Source: Alphaproteobacteria bacterium (GTDB lineage Bacteria; Pseudomonadota; Alphaproteobacteria; CALKHQ01). Taken from it: a stretch of DNA of 64,000 nucleotides. A program made the translations under genes and the position numbers. The stretch's first letter is position 1. The number at the start of each line of letters is the position of its first letter. Below are positions 58,678 to 64,000 of this stretch, piece by piece. The stretch spans positions 384,001 to 448,000 of the forward strand of contig CBDDFZ010000001.1 of assembly GCA_965227515.1 (NCBI GenBank), written 5' to 3'. Under the pieces are notes generated by a model. It was given only the letters and a program-made list of their open reading frames with translations, had not been told where the DNA came from and ran no database searches.

Positions 58678-59964
58678 CTATTCAGCCGCGACACGTTCGA
58701 CGGCAGCGACCGCCGGCGCCAGCTTGTGGAAGGCGCCGCCCTTCATGATGCCGTCCAGCCGGTCGGCGTCCTGCAGGATGGCGATATCGGCCAGCGGATC
58801 GCCATCGACCAGCAGAAGGTCGGCATAACAGCCGGCGCGCACCTCGCCCAGTTCGCCGGCCATGCCCATCAGCGCGCCACCGTCCCGGGTTGCGGCACAG
58901 ATCGCCTCCATCGGGCTGTAGCCGAACAGCTCGACGAAGTGCACGAGGTCGCGCGCATTCGTGCCTTGCGGGTTGCAGAACAGGCCATAGTCGCCGCCGG
59001 GCAGCACCTTGATGCCGCGCTTGCGCATCTCCTGCCCGTTGGCGACGATGGTCGCCAGTTCCTCTTCCAGCCGCGCGCGGGTCACCGCGTCGTGGTGCAC
59101 GCCATAGCGGTCGGCCTCGTGCAGCAGCGTGTAGGGGAACCCGGGCGTGGGCGCCACGAACACGCTGTCACGCACGCTCTCCAACATGTCGATCGCCTCT
59201 TCGTCGGCGAGTGCGGCGTGGTAGACCACTTTGACGCCGTGGCGCACGCACATCTTCACCGACCCTGCGCTGGTCGCATGCGCGGCCACACACCGGCCCC
59301 GTGCCCGCGCCTCCTCCATCACCGCGGCCAGTTCGGCGTCGCTGATGACGGTGGCGTCGGTGCCGGCCCCCCAGTCATAGAAACCACGGTCGCCTGACAC
59401 GTTGATCTTGAAGGTGTCGACCCCGTCGCGCGCGGCATGGCGGCAGGCGGTGCGGAAGGCGTCGGCGCCGTTGGCGGTGATCGAGAAGCGGATGGTCGCG
59501 GGCAAGGTCAGCTCGACCGTGTCCAGGTCGCCCAGATTGCCCGACGGCGTGATCTCCTGGGTGGCGGCGCGCAGGCGCGGCCCCGGTATGCGCCCGGCGT
59601 TGATGGCGTCGCGAACCGCGACGTCCAGCCTGGGCTTGGCGGCCGCCGCGCTGAAACAGCTCGTGAAGCCCTGGTCCAGCAACAGGCGGGCATTCTCGAT
59701 GGTGGCGATCAGGTGCTCTTCCACCGGCAGGCGCACCGATTCGAACAGGTCCTGGAAGTTCAGGAAGCTGAGGTGGGCGTGGGCTTCCACCAGGCCCGGC
59801 ATCAGGGTCCGGCCACGCCCGTCGATCACCTCCGCGCCGCCACGCGGCAGGGTCTGCGGCGCCCGTGCGACCGCCGAGATGCGCTCGCCGTCCACCAGGA
59901 CTTCGCCATCGAAGGCGTCCGCGCCGGAGCCGTCGATGATGCGCACATCGGTGAAAAGATACAT
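58678..59964 (-). CDS. Metal-dependent amidohydrolase (Xaa-Pro dipeptidase-like subfamily)
   Basis: MPGLVEAHAH, AAHA, GGDYG, ADLLLVDGDPL. Confidence 0.88.
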   Translation of the reverse strand: MYLFTDVRIIDGSGADAFDGEVLVDGERISAVARAPQTLPRGGAEVIDGRGRTLMPGLVEAHAHLSFLNFQDLFESVRLPVEEHLIATIENARLLLDQGFTSCFSAAAAKPRLDVAVRDAINAGRIPGPRLRAATQEITPSGNLGDLDTVELTLPATIRFSITANGADAFRTACRHAARDGVDTFKINVSGDRGFYDWGAGTDATVISDAELAAVMEEARARGRCVAAHATSAGSVKMCVRHGVKVVYHAALADEEAIDMLESVRDSVFVAPTPGFPYTLLHEADRYGVHHDAVTRARLEEELATIVANGQEMRKRGIKVLPGGDYGLFCNPQGTNARDLVHFVELFGYSPMEAICAATRDGGALMGMAGELGEVRAGCYADLLLVDGDPLADIAILQDADRLDGIMKGGAFHKLAPAVAAVERVAAE

Positions 59965-60030
59965 CGTTCCCTCCCGGATGCGCTCGTGCCCGCCGCGATT
60001 TGGCGGGCGGCCGCGCGCAGTTTTCGGGGA

Positions 60031-60876
60031 TTATTGCACTATGCCCTCGCACGCGGCCAGTGCCGTGCGGGTCAGCGTGACGGGCGCCGGCGCCAGATAG
60101 GCCCGCTGGGGGTGATCCTCAACCGGCAATATCGTCACCTCGCCGGACTCCGACACGTCCGGCCAATGGGTCGCGCCGCTTTCGCCTTCCAGCACCGGGC
60201 CATCAGCCAGCGCCGCCTCGTCCAGGCCTTCGAAACGCATCACCACGGCATAGCCGGCATCCAGCAGCGCCCCGATATCGGCGTCGGTGTACTCGCCGGC
60301 GGCCGGCCCCCAGTATGCGCGCCAGTCGTCGGCATCCTTGAAGGTCAAGGTCAGGGTCAATGCGCCGCCTTCCAGCGCGCCGAACAATCTGTGGCCGCGG
60401 GCCAGGTACGCCGCGACCGTGCCGGCCTGGCCGGTCAGCAGCAACGGCTCGCCGGTGGGGCCGATCCAGCAGGACGCGAAGTCGAAGTCCCCGAAACCGC
60501 TGTCGTCGGGCGCAGGCGGCACGACGATCATCTGCGGCCGCTCCGCGTCGCCGTCGGACTCCATATCGCCCGGCACGTCGTCCGTCGGGCGGTCCACCCC
60601 CTGAATCACCTCGACCAGGGGTACATCAGCGTCCGCCGAGGGCGATTCGGGCTCGGTCGGCTCCGTATCGGCAGGCGGCGGCGCCGGCACGATGACCTCG
60701 ACGCGCACGCCCTCGGCCAACAACCGGACGTCCTCCGCGATCGCCGACGTGGCAAGCACCATGCCCGCCACCACGCCGGCCACAACGGCAAGCGTCGGTT
60801 TCCACGCAGGAAGAAGAGGCGGCGAGACACACGGCCAGCCAGCCCGTTCGGCCCGAAGCGTGTCCCTGCTTGCCAT
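60031..60876 (-). CDS. Hypothetical exported protein
   Basis: Hydrophobic signal ending AIA, acidic Pro-rich region; start uncertain. Confidence 0.5.
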   Translation of the reverse strand: MASRDTLRAERAGWPCVSPPLLPAWKPTLAVVAGVVAGMVLATSAIAEDVRLLAEGVRVEVIVPAPPPADTEPTEPESPSADADVPLVEVIQGVDRPTDDVPGDMESDGDAERPQMIVVPPAPDDSGFGDFDFASCWIGPTGEPLLLTGQAGTVAAYLARGHRLFGALEGGALTLTLTFKDADDWRAYWGPAAGEYTDADIGALLDAGYAVVMRFEGLDEAALADGPVLEGESGATHWPDVSESGEVTILPVEDHPQRAYLAPAPVTLTRTALAACEGIVQ

Positions 60877-60902
60877 GGTCGTTGCCGCCCGCGCCGGTTG
60901 CG

Positions 60903-61673
60903 TCAGATCACGCTGAAGCCGGCGTCGATCCGGATGGTGGCCCCGTTGATGAGGTCGGACGCCGGCGACGACAGGTAGAGCACAAGGTCGGCCACCTCGA
61001 CAGGCTCTCCGAACCGGCCGAGCGGGGTGCGGTCCAGCATCGGCTGGCCCTTGGCCGGGTCGCCCCAGACCTCGCGCCCCAGCTTGGTCATGATGATGGT
61101 GGGGCACACGGCGTTCACCTGGATGTTGTGCTTGGCCCACTCGCAGGTCATGTCGCGGGTCAGCGCATTCAGCCCGGCCTTTGAGGCCGAATAGGCCGCG
61201 TGACCGTCGATGGCGATGACGCTGGCCTGGGAGGAGATGTTGACGATCTTGCCGGCCTTCTGCGCGATCATCTGCGGGGCCAGCGCCTGGGCGAGCAGGA
61301 ATGGCGCGCGCAGGTTGATCGCCATCGTCTGGTCCCACACATCCACCCGCGCCTCGAGCAACGGCTCGATGATGGCGATCCCGGCGTTGTTGACCAGAAT
61401 ATCGACCGTGCCGAACGCCTGCAGCGCCGCCGCGGCCGCCGCCTGCGGTCCTTCCACCGTCGACAGGTCGGCGCTGATGGTATGGCAGGCGCGCCCCATG
61501 TCGCGCACCTTGGCGGCGACGCTCTGCAGCCCCGCCTCGTCCATGTCCACCGCGGCGATGTCGGCGCCGGCGTCGGCCAAATTGCAGGCGATCTCCTCGC
61601 CAATTCCCTTCGATGCGCCCGTCACCAGGGCACGCTTACCGGTCAGCGCAAAACGCTCCATCCAGCGAGACAC
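60903..61673 (-). CDS. SDR oxidoreductase (polyol dehydrogenase-like)
   Basis: TGASKGIG, NNAG, YSASK. Confidence 0.9.
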   Translation of the reverse strand: MSRWMERFALTGKRALVTGASKGIGEEIACNLADAGADIAAVDMDEAGLQSVAAKVRDMGRACHTISADLSTVEGPQAAAAAALQAFGTVDILVNNAGIAIIEPLLEARVDVWDQTMAINLRAPFLLAQALAPQMIAQKAGKIVNISSQASVIAIDGHAAYSASKAGLNALTRDMTCEWAKHNIQVNAVCPTIIMTKLGREVWGDPAKGQPMLDRTPLGRFGEPVEVADLVLYLSSPASDLINGATIRIDAGFSVI

Positions 61674-61833
61674 TCGATTCCTCCCAAATTCTTATTTTGA
61701 TGCAACCTGCATCAACGGCGCCGCTTGCCGTGACTAAAAAATTTTGCAAGGACTGGACAAGTTTTCAACCGCCATGTCGAATGGGGGCCCGAACTCAGCG
61801 GCAGCAAGACCGCATCGACGAGGAAACGCCAGC

Positions 61834-62751
61834 TTGACCACTTCGGTGGCCGACCGCCCCAGGCCCATAGGCCTGCTGAATTTGCCACGATGGATGACGT
61901 CCGATCATCCATTGCCGTGGCTCGCACCGCTGTTCGCCATGATCCTGGCCTTCGGTATCTTCCCGCTTGGCTACGCGGTCTGGCTGTCGCTTCACGTGAA
62001 GAACCCCTACACCCGCGAGAACGAGTTCGCCTGGTTCGAGCAATGGGGCAAGGCGTTCGGCGACAGCGAGATGTGGAACGCGTTGATGATCACGTCGATC
62101 TACACCGTGGTCTGCCTGTTGTTTCAGTTGCTTCTTGGCTTTGCGATCGCGCTGTTGCTGGACAGCGACCGCAAGGGTTATGGCGTGATGCGCGCGCTGA
62201 TGACGTTGCCGTTGGTGGTGCCGCCTGCGGTCACCGGCATGATGTTCCTGCTGATGGAGGACGCGCAGTTCGGTGTGCTGGCCTATTACCTGGAGGCCAT
62301 CGGGCTCGCCGACCCGGAAAACCCGATCCTGGCCAACATCTACACGGCCCTGCCCGGCGTCATGCTGGCGGATATCTGGCAGTGGACGCCGTTCATGGTG
62401 CTGATCATCCTGGCCGGGCTGCGCGCCCTGCCGAAGGAGCCGTATGAGGCGGCCTCCATCGACGGTGCCAGCTACCTGCAGTCGCTGTGGTATCTGACAC
62501 TGCCGATGCTGGGCCGCGTCATCGCGGTCGCCGTTCTGATCCGCACCATCGATCTGTTCCGCGTGTACGACTACGTGTACGTCATGACCGCCGGCGGACC
62601 TGGCAACGCGACCAGGACGTTGAGCGAGTATGCCGGGCGCGAATTCACCACCGCCAACTTCAACTACGCATCCACCATCAGCCTGCTGATGCTGATTCTG
62701 CTGAACATCATCTGCTTCACGTTCATCAAGTTCTCGCGGGTGAGGTTCTGA
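61834..62751 (+). CDS. Carbohydrate ABC transporter permease
   Basis: DIWQWTPF, EAASIDGAS, GGPG; TTG start inferred. Confidence 0.9.
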   Translation: MTTSVADRPRPIGLLNLPRWMTSDHPLPWLAPLFAMILAFGIFPLGYAVWLSLHVKNPYTRENEFAWFEQWGKAFGDSEMWNALMITSIYTVVCLLFQLLLGFAIALLLDSDRKGYGVMRALMTLPLVVPPAVTGMMFLLMEDAQFGVLAYYLEAIGLADPENPILANIYTALPGVMLADIWQWTPFMVLIILAGLRALPKEPYEAASIDGASYLQSLWYLTLPMLGRVIAVAVLIRTIDLFRVYDYVYVMTAGGPGNATRTLSEYAGREFTTANFNYASTISLLMLILLNIICFTFIKFSRVRF

Positions 62752-63629
62752 TGCCGGAAAAGCGGATCATAACGGTGCGCGATGTCGTCGCCTGGCTGGT
62801 GGTGCTGATTTTCATGTTCCCGCTGGCCTGGTGGATCCTCGCCTCGTTCAAGCCCTACACCGACATTTTCACCACCGAGCCGGTCTATTTCAGCTTCGAA
62901 GCCACGCTGGAGAACTACCGGATCGCGCTGCTTGGCGAATCGCGCATCGACTTGAGCGAGGGCATCGGCGGCCAAACCGGCGGTGCGTCGAGCTACTACT
63001 CCATTCCCACCATCCTGGATTCGATAATCATTGCCGTGGGATCGACCATCCTGGTGGTTTTCCTGGCGACGCTGGCCGGCTATGCGCTGTCTCGGTTCCC
63101 GATGCGCGCCAAGCAGCACGTCGTTTTCTTCGTGCTTGCCCAACGCATGATGCCGCCGATCGCGGTCGCCATTCCCCTGTTTTTTATCTTCCGCGACCTG
63201 GGCCTGCGCGACACCCACATCGGGCTGATCTTCGCGCACACGCTGATCAACCTGCCGCTGGCGACGTTGCTGCTGAAGAGCTTCTTCGACGACGTGCCGC
63301 GCGATCTGGACGAAAGCGCCATGATCGATGGCGCGACCCGCACGCACGTGTTTTTCCGCATCATCATGCCGCTGGTGCGCGGCGGCATCGCGGCCACCGC
63401 GGTGCTCTGCTTCATCTTCTCGTGGACCGAGTTCCTGATCAGCCTGCAACTCACCACCAGCATCCGCACCATTCCGGTCAAGATCAGCACGTTCGTCACC
63501 TCCACCGGCACCGAGTGGGGCCTGATCACCGCGCTGGGCAGTGCCGCCCTGGTGCCCAGCCTCATCTTCATTCTCCTGGTTCAGCGCCACCTGGTCCGTG
63601 GCCTGACGCTGGGCTCGCTGAAAGACTGA
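62751..63629 (+). CDS. Carbohydrate ABC transporter permease
   Basis: DESAMIDGA, FSWTEF; TGATG coupling to the upstream gene. Confidence 0.9.
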   Translation: MPEKRIITVRDVVAWLVVLIFMFPLAWWILASFKPYTDIFTTEPVYFSFEATLENYRIALLGESRIDLSEGIGGQTGGASSYYSIPTILDSIIIAVGSTILVVFLATLAGYALSRFPMRAKQHVVFFVLAQRMMPPIAVAIPLFFIFRDLGLRDTHIGLIFAHTLINLPLATLLLKSFFDDVPRDLDESAMIDGATRTHVFFRIIMPLVRGGIAATAVLCFIFSWTEFLISLQLTTSIRTIPVKISTFVTSTGTEWGLITALGSAALVPSLIFILLVQRHLVRGLTLGSLKD

Positions 63630-63684
63630 CGGCGAGCTCGCGCACATGAAGAACAGCGACCAGCCAACTTGAGGGAGGAAGCAC

Positions 63685-64000
63685 ATGAGCTTCAAAGAGT
63701 TCGATCGGAAGACATACATCGCCGACATGGCGGGCAAGTACGCCCGGCGGGAGATTTCGAAGCGTACGTTCCTGAAGAAGATGGCCACGGCGGGCGTCGG
63801 TTTCTCCGCCTTCGCTTCGACCTTCATGGGCGGCGGACGGCCGTTTGGCGGATTGACCAATCTGGGCACCGAGATGGCTGCTGCCCAAACGCCGGACGAC
63901 GTCAACGCCTGGCTGCGCGATGTCGGCCAGCAGTTCGCCGGCACCACCATCCGCTACACCTCCGAAGCGACGCCACCGACCAACGTGGCCAGCGAGATCA
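63685..64000 (+). CDS. Probable Tat-exported ABC substrate-binding protein (3' end outside window)
   Basis: GGAGG RBS; ISKRTFLKK Tat-like motif plus hydrophobic stretch; follows two permeases. Confidence 0.7.
   Translation, partial: MSFKEFDRKTYIADMAGKYARREISKRTFLKKMATAGVGFSAFASTFMGGGRPFGGLTNLGTEMAAAQTPDDVNAWLRDVGQQFAGTTIRYTSEATPPTNVASEI

Overview
GC-rich alphaproteobacterial chromosome segment, probably Rhodospirillales-like (inferred from gene content and repeat families). Housekeeping genes (pyk, aminopeptidase P, prmA, uvrD, ade, tRNA-Thr) are interspersed with many sugar/polyol uptake and catabolism genes: three ABC systems, dehydrogenases, a lactonase, a dehydratase, aldolases, an AnmK/levoglucosan-kinase-like kinase and three PhyH dioxygenases. 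There is also a general-stress-response cluster, two AT-rich orphan genes and four IS elements. Highlights: (1) a divergent locus pairing an ECF sigma/anti-sigma (plus a GT9 glycosyltransferase) with a secreted self-cleaving Hint-domain protein and a lipoprotein that shares the anti-sigma's periplasmic domain, with mirror-image promoter-like motifs between the two operons; (2) an IS110/IS1111-type element inserted in the GTAG motif of a REP, whose 3' non-coding region carries four short segments matching its target and its own donor junction (candidate seekRNA/bridge RNA); (3) two near-identical IS481-family copies, each inserted exactly in the 5-nt loop of a REP-like hairpin. All family calls come from motif recognition by eye; no searches were run.
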